A DNA stretch of 64,000 nucleotides from Candidatus Binatia bacterium. Lineage in GTDB: Bacteria; Desulfobacterota; Binatia; UBA1149; CAITLU01. The notes beneath the pieces were generated by a model. That model was given only the letters and a program-made list of their open reading frames with translations, was not told the DNA's origin and made no database searches. Every line of letters starts with the position of its first letter. Position 1 is the stretch's first letter. Positions 20,059 to 29,033 of the stretch are shown here, piece after piece. Location of the stretch: assembly GCA_047611725.1 (NCBI GenBank), contig JBLFWR010000002.1, positions 26,607-90,606 on the forward strand. The letters are read 5' to 3'. The translations under genes were made by a program, and so were the position numbers.

Positions 20059-20243
20059 CTAGAGCAGGCCATTGGCCGCTTCGTGAGCTACTACAACGAA
20101 CGGCGCTACCACGAGTCTTTAGGGAACATCACGCCAACAGACATGCACGACGGCCGCCAGAACGAAATACAGATGCGTCGAATTAAGCTTAAACGGGAAA
20201 CGATGGCCGAACGCCGTCGCGAGAACTTAAAAACCGCGGCCTA
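20056..20243 (+). mobile_element. IS3-family transposase C-terminal remnant (last ~60 codons of integrase/rve domain)
   Basis: DLEQAIGRFVSYYNERRYHESLGNITPTDMHDGRQ matches conserved IS3 OrfB tail (..YYNheRpHsaLgy.tPaef); no upstream transposase body, abuts hydrogenase fragment. Confidence 0.65.
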
Positions 20244-20293
20244 GCCGCATAGACACGGCAAGGAGTGACTCTTATTTAGCGCCACAATTTTTC

Positions 20294-21478
20294 TCAATTC
20301 AGCTGACGACGTACACGCATCGCGAGTTCTTTAAGCGCAGCGACTATTTCGCTGGCGCGGACGGGGTTCCCGCCCGGGCGGGCAAACGACCCAACACCAG
20401 CGGGCATATCAATGAACATACGAAGCACCCTGTATAGCTGCCCCATATAAGAAGTTTCGACGACCAATCCTGCTTCAACGGTCGCGAAGAACCGACGGTA
20501 GAGACCTTCGTTTATGGGGAACAGAAAACGCGGCACAAGCAACTTGACATTCAACCCTTGTTGCGTTGCACGGCGAAGCGCCTCACGACACACACCGGCG
20601 TTAGATCCCCACGCAATCAGTGCCAGCGGTGCTGTCAATTCACCCTCGATATCGAAGAGATCGTCGCGCTTGCACAGGGGTTCGAACTTGCGAATGCGCT
20701 TCTCAGTCATCAGCGCATGCATACGACCGCTGGACGTAGGGTTGCCGTGTGCGGAGAACACAGCTTGGAATAGATCACTCTGCTCGGCCTTAGTGGGCAT
20801 TCCGGTAGAAGGGCCACCTCGTTGCACGTTGACAATCACCAACGGCAGTTCCGCGATCGTCGCCAGCCCCATGATTTCGGTCTTCAGCGACATGTCGGGA
20901 CCCGACGTCGCGGTCATCGCCTTCTTGCCACCGAACGAGGCGCCAAGCGCTGCCCCAATACTCGCAATTTCGTCTTCGCATTGCAGAACCACGCCGCCGT
21001 AGCCCCAGATCTCGCGCGAGAGAAACTGCATGATCTCGGTTGAGGGCGTAATCGGGTATCCGCCAAAAAAATCACAGCCGGCGAAAATGGCGGCGGCGGC
21101 GCACATCTCGTTTCCATCGACGAGCATTCGCTTTCCAGCCTCAGCGACTGGGTCGATGGTGCGTGGCTGGGCCATAGGATTGGCTTGAGCGAACTCTAGG
21201 CCAGCGGCGAACGCGCGCTCGTTGGCTTCGACCAGCTTCTCTCCCTTCTTGGCGAACCTGGCTGTCAATCCTTTCAAAATCGCGTGTTGGTCGATCCCGA
21301 ACCAACCGGCGATGAGGCCAAGCACGACGGTGTTCTTTGCCTTGTCAGTACTGGCGGTCTTGCGCGCGATTTCTGAAATGGGGACGGGGATTACTTCAAG
21401 CGGAGTGACGCCGGCCAGCGGCAGGGCGTCTGGAGCAATTTTGGAGGCGATGTCATAAACGACAACGGTTTTTCCCCT
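20294..21478 (-). CDS. 2-oxoacid:ferredoxin oxidoreductase alpha subunit-like (KorA/OorA) with partial N-terminal gamma-like domain; possibly 5'-truncated
   Basis: DGNEMCAAAAIFAGCDFFGGYPITPSTEI, MTATSGPDMSLKTEIMGL, domain II WGSNAG; upstream frame open only to 21478 (GKTVVVYDIASKIAPDALPL...), too short for full gamma domain; no korB adjacent. Confidence 0.65.
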   Translation of the reverse strand, partial: RGKTVVVYDIASKIAPDALPLAGVTPLEVIPVPISEIARKTASTDKAKNTVVLGLIAGWFGIDQHAILKGLTARFAKKGEKLVEANERAFAAGLEFAQANPMAQPRTIDPVAEAGKRMLVDGNEMCAAAAIFAGCDFFGGYPITPSTEIMQFLSREIWGYGGVVLQCEDEIASIGAALGASFGGKKAMTATSGPDMSLKTEIMGLATIAELPLVIVNVQRGGPSTGMPTKAEQSDLFQAVFSAHGNPTSSGRMHALMTEKRIRKFEPLCKRDDLFDIEGELTAPLALIAWGSNAGVCREALRRATQQGLNVKLLVPRFLFPINEGLYRRFFATVEAGLVVETSYMGQLYRVLRMFIDMPAGVGSFARPGGNPVRASEIVAALKELAMRVRRQLN

Positions 21479-21565
21479 TCATCGCACCAGTAATGCCGCT
21501 TTCATGCCAACCTTGGGAACGACGCTGGTCACCGCGCCGGGACAGTTCGGTTACGGCGTTCGGGT

Positions 21566-22654
21566 CTAGTCTTGTCCGTGCTGCTGCACCCGACGCCACC
21601 CTCGTGGCGATAGGCCGACATGTCGGCGGAATGCACGATCGAAAGCACTCAAATCTCCATAGCCCAAAAGGAATGCGATCTCGGTGACCGCCAGACCGGG
21701 CTGCGCTAGGTACTGTTTGGCGAGTTCCGTACGTACTTCGCCGAGCAACGACTTGAAACCCAGCCCCCGCAGCTGCAACTGCCGTTGCAGGGTACGCGGA
21801 CTCGTGGCCAGCCGCCGCGCGACATGGCCGATGTCCGGACTTCCATCGCAGAGCGTTCGCGCGAGTTCGTCTCGCAGCCGCGTCACGAGTGGATCCGATT
21901 CGCCACGCCCGATGACATCGCCGACATACTTCTCGATGACTGGAAGTAAACTACGATCGGCATTCGGAACAGCGCGAGCGAGATACGCCGCGTCGAAAAA
22001 AATAGAGTTTCGTTCGGCCTGGTAACGAACGGTTGCCTGAAGGCGCGCCTCAACTCCTTCAATGGAGTCAAAGGAGTCAACGGGGGCGTGCTCGAACCAA
22101 ATTTCGCGAGGCTTCCAGTCGTCGCCCGCCAGCGCTTTCATCATCACGCACAATACTAAGGCCGTACTTTCGAAGAACTGTCGGTGCCGGTCCGGATCAG
22201 GCAACCCCACTGTGAACGCGATCCGCGCGACGTCGTCGGCCACGGTCAGCTCAGCATTGATTCCCGTCACCGAAAGATTGCCCGAGTAGCGCGCGAGATT
22301 CTTCAGCGCCGTTTCAACATCTGCAGCGTTGAGAACGACGTAAGACAACAACCCAAACGATTGCAGGGGCACAATCGCACCGAAGCTCAATCCAAACTGT
22401 GGGTCGTTGAGTTCTTCGGCGGCGGCTTCGTAGAGCCAGGCCATGCGATCCAACGCCAGCCAGCCCTCGGGTTGGGAAAGCTCGGCCTCCACGATGCCGA
22501 CGGCATGCAGAACACGGAGGCCGGAGCCACCGCGGGCGTCTATATAAGCGGGCAACGTGGCGGTTCCGCCGATACGTATCTTTGGAGCTGACGCTGACCT
22601 GGTCGCTGATCTGGCTTCTGATTTGGCCTTTGATTTGGCCTCTGATGACGACAT
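21566..22654 (-). CDS. AraC-family transcriptional regulator (AraC-binding-like N-domain + C-terminal AraC HTH)
   Basis: C-terminal LLGEVRTELAKQYLAQPGLAVTEIAFLLGYGDLSAFDRAFRRHVGLSP; ORF to 22666 (GTG) with low-complexity KSKAKSEARS N-terminus. Confidence 0.85.
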   Translation of the reverse strand: MSSSEAKSKAKSEARSATRSASAPKIRIGGTATLPAYIDARGGSGLRVLHAVGIVEAELSQPEGWLALDRMAWLYEAAAEELNDPQFGLSFGAIVPLQSFGLLSYVVLNAADVETALKNLARYSGNLSVTGINAELTVADDVARIAFTVGLPDPDRHRQFFESTALVLCVMMKALAGDDWKPREIWFEHAPVDSFDSIEGVEARLQATVRYQAERNSIFFDAAYLARAVPNADRSLLPVIEKYVGDVIGRGESDPLVTRLRDELARTLCDGSPDIGHVARRLATSPRTLQRQLQLRGLGFKSLLGEVRTELAKQYLAQPGLAVTEIAFLLGYGDLSAFDRAFRRHVGLSPRGWRRVQQHGQD

Positions 22655-22676
22655 GAACGCCGACACTGCTGCTTCA

Positions 22677-22708
22677 TGGCGCGTTATGTCAAGAACTTGG
22701 CGCGTTAT
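22677..22708. promoter_or_regulatory. Direct repeat GGCGCGTTATG x2 (10-bp spacer) in araC-desaturase divergent intergenic region; candidate operator
   Basis: catGGCGCGTTATGtcaagaactTGGCGCGTTATGacaattc between araC start and desaturase start. Confidence 0.3.
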
Positions 22709-22768
22709 GACAATTCAATCGAGTGATTCTGAGTTAGAATCCGGCCAGCCCACTTAGGAGACCCATCG

Positions 22769-23683
22769 ATGAGCCAAACCCAAACACCCCCCAGCAAGGC
22801 AGGCCCAGCCAGCAGCGATCGCATTCGCGTACGCCGCGAGTGGGTGGGGGCTCCGGCGGGCACCTTGACCAACCCTACAGTCTGGCTCGCGGTGTGTGTG
22901 GTCGTCGTATTCGGCGCCACGACGTGGGCGTACCTAGCTTCGACGCTGCCGGCGATCGCCACGATCGCGATCAACTCGGTGGCAATCTACGCCGGGTTCA
23001 CCGTCATGCACGAGTCGATGCACGGCGTTGCTCACAGCAATCGCCGGGTCAATGCGTGGATTGGCCGCCCCATGGGCATGCTCCTGTCGATTTCAGCTCC
23101 CATGTTTCGAGGCGCGCACTACGAGCACCACTCCCATACCAACGACCCGGGACGCGACCCTGACCTGTTTTTGGCCAAATCGCCGATGTGGTTATTGCCC
23201 ATTTGGACGTTGGCCGTGACCGTTGAATATCGCCGTCACTTCTACGGCCGAAAGCTTTGGCGCAACCGTGCCGAGCTGACGGAAGCATTGACCATGGAGG
23301 CGGTCTTTAGCTTGGCAATCGTCGCGGCCGTAGCCACGGGGAACTTTACAACACTGGCCGTAGTCTGGCTGGTTCCGGCGTTGTTCGCCGTTATGTTTCT
23401 CGCCATAACCTTCGACTACCTGCCTCACTACCCCTACGACTCGCGCGAGCGCTATCTCGACACGCGAGTGTATCCGGGCCGCACCGCGTTCGTGGTGTTG
23501 CTCGGCCAGAACTACCACCTGATCCATCACCTGTGGACGACCGTGCCCTGGTTCCGCTACCCCACCGTGTTTCGTGCCATTCGCCCTGAACTCGAGGCGC
23601 GCGGCGCGCGAATCGGCTGGAAGGTGGAGCCGCGTGAGGTCTCGGTGGACACGTCCGCACCGCCTTACGCGGCGTCGGCGTAA
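22769..23683 (+). CDS. Membrane fatty-acid desaturase-family protein (His-box diiron enzyme)
   Basis: Histidine boxes HESMHG, HYEHHSH, HLIHHLW; 4 TM helices; divergent from AraC regulator. Confidence 0.8.
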   Translation: MSQTQTPPSKAGPASSDRIRVRREWVGAPAGTLTNPTVWLAVCVVVVFGATTWAYLASTLPAIATIAINSVAIYAGFTVMHESMHGVAHSNRRVNAWIGRPMGMLLSISAPMFRGAHYEHHSHTNDPGRDPDLFLAKSPMWLLPIWTLAVTVEYRRHFYGRKLWRNRAELTEALTMEAVFSLAIVAAVATGNFTTLAVVWLVPALFAVMFLAITFDYLPHYPYDSRERYLDTRVYPGRTAFVVLLGQNYHLIHHLWTTVPWFRYPTVFRAIRPELEARGARIGWKVEPREVSVDTSAPPYAASA

Positions 23684-23788
23684 CCCCTGGCTATGGCCGG
23701 CGGTAGCGACCGGTCGACCACCTTTTTCTCGGCAGCCACGCGCCCAGCCTTCGCTCGCGCTTCCGGCGCACGCTAGAGTCACGGCCAA

Positions 23789-25015
23789 ATGGAAGGCTCC
23801 GACAACAACGAAAATGAAGATTTCGCGGCAATGTTCGCCGCTTCCGAGACCCAAAGCCGAAGCGGTGGCGACGACGCGATCACTGAAGGAAAGCTCGTTA
23901 GTGGCACGGTCGTTTCGATTTCCGCGGAAACGGTGTTCGTCAGCCTCGGCGGCAAAGCTGAAGGGGTTCTCGAGACTACCCAGGTCACCGACGCCGACGG
24001 CCAATTGACCGTGAAGGTCGGCGACACTGTACGCGCGCATGTGGTTGACGCAGGCGAGCGCACCGGAGTCATCCAGCTTCGCTGTAAGCTCGGACGCGGA
24101 GCCGAAGCGCGCGACGAGCTACAACTGGCTGCCGAACACGGAATTCCCGTTGAAGGTTTGGTCTCGGCCGTAAACGACGGCGGCTTCGAAGTGCAAGTCG
24201 CCGGGCTGCGCGCGTTCTGCCCCGTTTCCCAAATCGACTTGCGCTACGTTGAGAAGCCCGAAACATTCGTTGATCAACGCCTCGAGTTCCGCATCACACG
24301 CTTCGAAGACAAAGGCCGCGGTGAGCCCAACATCGTCCTGTCGCGTCGCGTACTTCTCCAAGAGGACATGGAAGTCCAGTCTCAGTTCACGCGCGCGAAA
24401 CTCGAAGTCGGCGCCGTATTCCCAGGCATCGTGCGTACCATTCGTGAGTACGGCGCATTCGTAGACATCGGCGGTATCGAAGGCATGCTTCACATCAGTG
24501 AGCTTGGATACCATCGTGTCGAGCATCCGTCGGAGATTCTGAGCGTCGACCAGAAAGTCGAAGTACAGGTCATCAAGATCGAGACCACCGATGACCCACG
24601 AAAACCGGAGAAAATCGCACTCTCTCTGAAAGCCCTTACCAAGGACCCTTGGGAAACTATCGTCTCCGAGTTTCCGGTTGGCCATGCAGGCATCGGGCGC
24701 GTAATGCGCATTGAACCCTTCGGGGCTTTCGTTGAACTCAAGAAGGGAATCGAAGGGCTTGTCCATATCAGCGAAATGGGGGGCGGCACGCGGGTATCCA
24801 GTCCGCGCAAAGTCGTAACCGAAGGCGAGGAAGTGCGGATTTCGGTGTTGTCCGTTGATCCCGAAAAACGTCGCATTTCGTTGTCGATCGATGCCGCAGG
24901 CCGGGCTGAACGCGCCGCCGACGAGCGCGCCGCCATCGATGAGTTCTCCCCGTCCAAACAAGGATTCGGAACCTTTGGCGATCTGCTCGCCAACAGCCTG
25001 ACAAAGAAGAGTTAA
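23789..25015 (+). CDS. S1 RNA-binding domain protein (4 S1 repeats; RpsA-like)
   Basis: Repeated S1 motifs (G.V.G.V......G.FV..G...G..H.SE.....V.....G). Confidence 0.75.
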   Translation: MEGSDNNENEDFAAMFAASETQSRSGGDDAITEGKLVSGTVVSISAETVFVSLGGKAEGVLETTQVTDADGQLTVKVGDTVRAHVVDAGERTGVIQLRCKLGRGAEARDELQLAAEHGIPVEGLVSAVNDGGFEVQVAGLRAFCPVSQIDLRYVEKPETFVDQRLEFRITRFEDKGRGEPNIVLSRRVLLQEDMEVQSQFTRAKLEVGAVFPGIVRTIREYGAFVDIGGIEGMLHISELGYHRVEHPSEILSVDQKVEVQVIKIETTDDPRKPEKIALSLKALTKDPWETIVSEFPVGHAGIGRVMRIEPFGAFVELKKGIEGLVHISEMGGGTRVSSPRKVVTEGEEVRISVLSVDPEKRRISLSIDAAGRAERAADERAAIDEFSPSKQGFGTFGDLLANSLTKKS

Positions 25016-25200
25016 ACACCGGGGAAACCGGGGCTTCCCCATCCCCCGGACTGACGTTTCGTCATAAAGTTTCCGCCATCGGCTCAAAACGTCGATGACG
25101 CGTTGCGTCCACCGTGTCATTGCTCTAGTATCAGCGAGTTAAGATCTCCGACCCGTCTTTAACAGACGCGAGTCGCGCAGCATCCGAGGCAACAATCCCT

Positions 25201-27306
25201 ATGAAACACCTTTCCCTGGTCGCAAGCGCGGCCGATGAGCGCGTGAACGAGCTTGCGTTGGAAGACGCTCCCACTACGCCCGAGGCGGACGCCGCACCTG
25301 AGGCGGAAGCCAAAGAAGCCGTAGCAGCCCCCTCTCCGTTCGAAGGGGTTGCGGACCCGCTTCGCAAAGCCCTGGAAAAGCGTGGCTTCGACTCGCTCAC
25401 CGAGGTGCAAACCGCCGTACTTGCCGCCGGCGCGGAGCAGCGTGATCTGCAGATTTCCTCTCAAACGGGATCTGGCAAAACCGTCGCGCTGGGGCTTGTC
25501 CTGGCCCCGAGGCTGCTTGAAGCGGCAAAGGATGGCGGAGGCGGCCGTCCACTCGCCGCCTTGGTCATCGTTCCAACGCGTGAGTTGGCGGTGCAGGTCA
25601 GTGGCGAACTGAAATGGCTGTACGCCAAGATTCCGGGTCTAAACGTTGAATGCGTCACTGGCGGAAGCAGCGTTGGGCAGGAACGGCGGCGACTGGAACG
25701 ACGCCCCACCCTTGTTGTCGGAACACCTGGGCGCATGCTCGATCACATTCGCACGCGCGCCATCGATTGTAGCAAGGTCAATGAAGTCGTCCTCGACGAA
25801 GCTGACCGTATGCTCGACATGGGCTTTCGCGAAGAACTTGAAGGCATTCTCGATGCAACGCCTTCAGAGCGCAGCACCCATCTAGTATCCGCCACATTCT
25901 CCACGCTGATTCAGAAACTCGCGAAGAAGTATCAGAATGACCCGCTTCCCGTGCAGGGCACCCGCCTGGGCGCAGCCAATCAGGACATCGAGCACGTCGC
26001 GCACCTGACTCGTTTTCCCGATCGCTATGATGCCATCGTCAATCTCCTTCTTTTGGCTGGAGACGAGCGCGCGCTGATTTTTGTGAACACACGCGTGGAA
26101 GCGTCATCGCTTGCCGAAAAACTCGCGGCCGACGGTTTCCCCGCTGCTCCAATCAGTGGAGAGCTGGAACAGGCACAACGGACGCGCACTTTGGATTCGT
26201 TCCGAAACGGCAGAACCACTGTGCTTGTCGCAACTGATGTGGCCGCGCGTGGACTCGACATTCCTGACGTCGCAGTGGTGATTCACACCGATGCGCCCAT
26301 GGACCACGAAAGCTATACGCATCGATCAGGTCGTACGGGTCGCGCCGGCAACAAGGGTCGCAGCGTCTTGCTGGTTTCCCCCCAACGTCGCAAGAAGGTC
26401 GAGTACCTGCTCTCACGTGCCAAGGTTAAATTGACGTGGGCCGATGTGCCGACCGCAGCCAGCGTCGAGAAGACTATCGCCAAACGCGCAAGACAGCGGC
26501 TGCACGAATCCCTGACGACCGCCGCGGCGCCCGATGAAGCGCAGATCAACCACGCCAAAGGCCTTTTGGAAGATATGGAGCCGGAAGTTTTGGTCGCTCG
26601 TCTTGTCGAGCTTTGCCGAAGCGCAACCAAAGCCGCTCCCCGCAAGGTTGAAACCATGCCGGTGGACAACGACAACAGTCGTGGTGGTGACAAACGAAAC
26701 TCCTACCGCGACCGTCACGAAACCGGACGGCGTGGCTACGAGCCAAGTGGCGGAAGTGGCGGAGGATACCGCAACGACCGCAGCCAAGACTCCCGCGGCG
26801 GCGGCTACCGTGACCGTGACGATCGTGGGCAAGCCCCTCGTAGTGGTGGCGGCTATCGTGACGATCGCGGGCAAGACTCCCGTGGCGGCGGCTACCGTGA
26901 CGACCGCGGCCAAGACAACCGTGGTGGTGGCGGCTATCGCGACGACCGCGGCCAAGACAACCGTGGTGGCGGCGGCTATCGCGACGACCGCAGCAGCGGC
27001 GGTTACCGCGACAACCGTGGTGGTGATCCGCGCGGCGAACGCACGGTCCCGGAAGACTCAAGACCCGCCGAATTTGAAGTCAATTGGGGGCACCGAGGCG
27101 GGGCTACCCCTCAGCGGCTTGTCGCATTGCTATGCCGACGTGGGGACATCACGAGCCGCATGATTGGAGCAATCGACATCGACACACATACGGCCCGTTT
27201 CGAAGTTTCGGGTCGCGTCGCCCGTCGATTCGAAGACAGCGCTGGGATGCCCGACTCACGCGATCCTGACATCTTCATCCGTCGCGCCAAGATCAATCGG
27301 CGCTAG
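25201..27306 (+). CDS. DEAD-box ATP-dependent RNA helicase with RGG/GYRDDRGQD repeat linker and C-terminal DbpA-type RNA-binding domain
   Basis: Q-motif/Walker A SQTGSGKT, DEAD (VVLDEADRMLDMGF), SAT, HRSGRTGRAG; six GGGYRDDRGQDxR repeats; DbpA-like C-terminus. Confidence 0.9.
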   Translation: MKHLSLVASAADERVNELALEDAPTTPEADAAPEAEAKEAVAAPSPFEGVADPLRKALEKRGFDSLTEVQTAVLAAGAEQRDLQISSQTGSGKTVALGLVLAPRLLEAAKDGGGGRPLAALVIVPTRELAVQVSGELKWLYAKIPGLNVECVTGGSSVGQERRRLERRPTLVVGTPGRMLDHIRTRAIDCSKVNEVVLDEADRMLDMGFREELEGILDATPSERSTHLVSATFSTLIQKLAKKYQNDPLPVQGTRLGAANQDIEHVAHLTRFPDRYDAIVNLLLLAGDERALIFVNTRVEASSLAEKLAADGFPAAPISGELEQAQRTRTLDSFRNGRTTVLVATDVAARGLDIPDVAVVIHTDAPMDHESYTHRSGRTGRAGNKGRSVLLVSPQRRKKVEYLLSRAKVKLTWADVPTAASVEKTIAKRARQRLHESLTTAAAPDEAQINHAKGLLEDMEPEVLVARLVELCRSATKAAPRKVETMPVDNDNSRGGDKRNSYRDRHETGRRGYEPSGGSGGGYRNDRSQDSRGGGYRDRDDRGQAPRSGGGYRDDRGQDSRGGGYRDDRGQDNRGGGGYRDDRGQDNRGGGGYRDDRSSGGYRDNRGGDPRGERTVPEDSRPAEFEVNWGHRGGATPQRLVALLCRRGDITSRMIGAIDIDTHTARFEVSGRVARRFEDSAGMPDSRDPDIFIRRAKINRR
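26745..27010 (+). repeat. Degenerate ~39-bp in-frame tandem repeats encoding (GGGYRDDRGQDSR)n inside helicase gene
   Basis: Six consecutive protein-level repeats visible in translation; nucleotide copies diverged. Confidence 0.8.
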
Positions 27307-28357
27307 TAGCGGTCGGAGCCTGCGCGCCCCTAGAGGCGCCTAGCGCAAGTCCGTTCTCCCGGGCGGGAGAACGGGGACTGCGCCATTCGCCGCTGCGAAG
27401 TACGCCGACGTAGTGCGCTACGAGAAGCCGCAGCACGCGCGCACTTCGATTCAAATTGGCCGAACGGCGCAAGGCGAGAAGCGAGACCATGGATACGGTC
27501 GCCAACGTCGCCAAGCTACGAATCGCCAGCAACGACTGACCCGCAAAAAGACTGATGCCGCTTAGGTGTCGCTCGAAGAAAATGTGTTTGGAGATGAACG
27601 TCTCCAAGCGTGTGCGTGCTGCAACGTCGTTGTCGAGCCTGCTCGCGGCACCGTGGGCGTGAACAACCTCGACCGACGGCGTAAACGCCACGATCCCCCC
27701 GCACTCGCGCGCGCATCGACAAAGGTCTACATCCTCGCTGTACATCCAATAGTCCTCTGACCACCCTCCGAATCGCGCAAGATCGTTTCGAGAAACGAGC
27801 AGAAAGGAACCGGACACCCAATCACACGCGACCAGACTCTTCTGATTGGCATAGGGATCCGGGTGACCACCCGGGGTGACGAACCGCGCTAGCACCTTGA
27901 AAATCTTGAAATGCGTAAGCGGGGTCGGAAATTCGTCGAATGCCTTTTGGCGCCGCCCGCGAGGATCGACCTGACGCGCGCTTAGGATCGAGACTTCAGG
28001 GTGATCGCGCTTCTCATTGAGCAGGGTTTGAACGGCAACAACCGAGGCGATCACATCGGGGTTCATGAAGAGCAAGAGCTCTCCGTGGGAATGAAGCACT
28101 CCTGTGTTGCAGCCTTGAGCGAAGCCTCCATTGATCGGACTGGCAACGAATCGGGCCTGCGGGAAACGCTGCGCAAAACTGTCTAGGCGGCCGTCGCCGG
28201 AACAGTTGTCGACCACCACGATTTCCCAGGAAACCGGCAAATCCTCGACGAGGCCGTTCAAGGCGAGTTCCAAATGATCCCACGTCCGATAGTTCACAAT
28301 GACTATCGACAGCGCGACGGTGCTAACGTCGGCGCCTGGGCTCGGCCGCGATTCCAT
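27293..28357 (-). CDS. Family 2 glycosyltransferase
   Basis: LSIVIVNYRTWDHLELALNGL...VVDNCSGDG GT-A fold motifs; start placed at MESRP (ORF to 28648). Confidence 0.8.
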   Translation of the reverse strand: MESRPSPGADVSTVALSIVIVNYRTWDHLELALNGLVEDLPVSWEIVVVDNCSGDGRLDSFAQRFPQARFVASPINGGFAQGCNTGVLHSHGELLLFMNPDVIASVVAVQTLLNEKRDHPEVSILSARQVDPRGRRQKAFDEFPTPLTHFKIFKVLARFVTPGGHPDPYANQKSLVACDWVSGSFLLVSRNDLARFGGWSEDYWMYSEDVDLCRCARECGGIVAFTPSVEVVHAHGAASRLDNDVAARTRLETFISKHIFFERHLSGISLFAGQSLLAIRSLATLATVSMVSLLALRRSANLNRSARVLRLLVAHYVGVLRSGEWRSPRSPARENGLALGASRGAQAPTATSAD

Positions 28358-28483
28358 CTGGCGGCTGTAACAGAAGGCCCGGCGGCGGGGAAACTCCCCC
28401 GGTTGCGCAACGATGGCGAGCGCACGAGCGCGGGCTCGCATCGGCCGACGAGTTGCCGGAAACAAAGCAGGGCCATAACCACT

Positions 28484-28924
28484 ATGATGACCATAACAAC
28501 CACGACGACCACGACACCACCACTGTACGGCACCGATGACGCTTCCTTCCAGGCTGCTGGCGGCGTCGACGGACTTCGCGTTCTCGTTGATGACTTCTAC
28601 CGCATCATGGGCGAGCTGCCGCAGGCTCACACCATCTTGAGAATGCATCCTGCCGATCTCACCGAATCGCGCGACAAACTCACCAGGTTTCTATGTGGCT
28701 GGCTCGGTGGTCCGAAGCTGTTCTCGCAAACGTATGGTCCGATTCGAATCCCCGCTGCCCATTCGCACTTGCGTATAGGACAACCGGAACACGACGCTTG
28801 GCTCGCATGTATGGAACAGGCCATTGCGCTGCAACCGTTCGAGCCCGACTTTGCGGTCTATCTATTAGAGCAGCTGCGCGTTCCCGCCGGGCGTGTTCTG
28901 ACCGCAAGTAAGGATCCTGTCTAA
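28484..28924 (+). CDS. Group II truncated hemoglobin (2/2 globin) with Thr-rich N-terminus
   Basis: LYGTDDASFQAAGGVDGLRVLVDDFYRIMGELPQAHTILRMHPADLTESRDKLTRFLCGWLGGPKLFSQTYGPIRIPAAHSHLRIGQPEHDAWLACMEQAI; MMTITTTTTTTPP start. Confidence 0.8.
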   Translation: MMTITTTTTTTPPLYGTDDASFQAAGGVDGLRVLVDDFYRIMGELPQAHTILRMHPADLTESRDKLTRFLCGWLGGPKLFSQTYGPIRIPAAHSHLRIGQPEHDAWLACMEQAIALQPFEPDFAVYLLEQLRVPAGRVLTASKDPV

Positions 28925-28993
28925 TATCTCAGGATATATCTCAGGATATATCTCAGGAATATCTCGCGAAGTTTCCGCGAAGGTCTCGCGAAC
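28924..28993. promoter_or_regulatory. Two sets of triple direct repeats upstream of DUF4212-symporter operon: (ATATATCTCAGG)x3 then (TCYCGCGAAS)x3
   Basis: taATATCTCAGGATATATCTCAGGATATATCTCAGGaatATCTCGCGAAGtTTCCGCGAAGgTCTCGCGAAC, ~40-110 bp upstream of GTG 29034. Confidence 0.5.
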
Positions 28994-29033
28994 GAACCCG
29001 CGCAAAGCGGCGTTCATCAAGAGGAGAGCACCA

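Noticed and set aside
20243-20293. Terminal inverted repeat of the IS remnant
   Set aside because: Sequence after the transposase stop ends ...GCCACA, compatible with an IS3 CA terminus, but without the left end no IR pair can be demonstrated.
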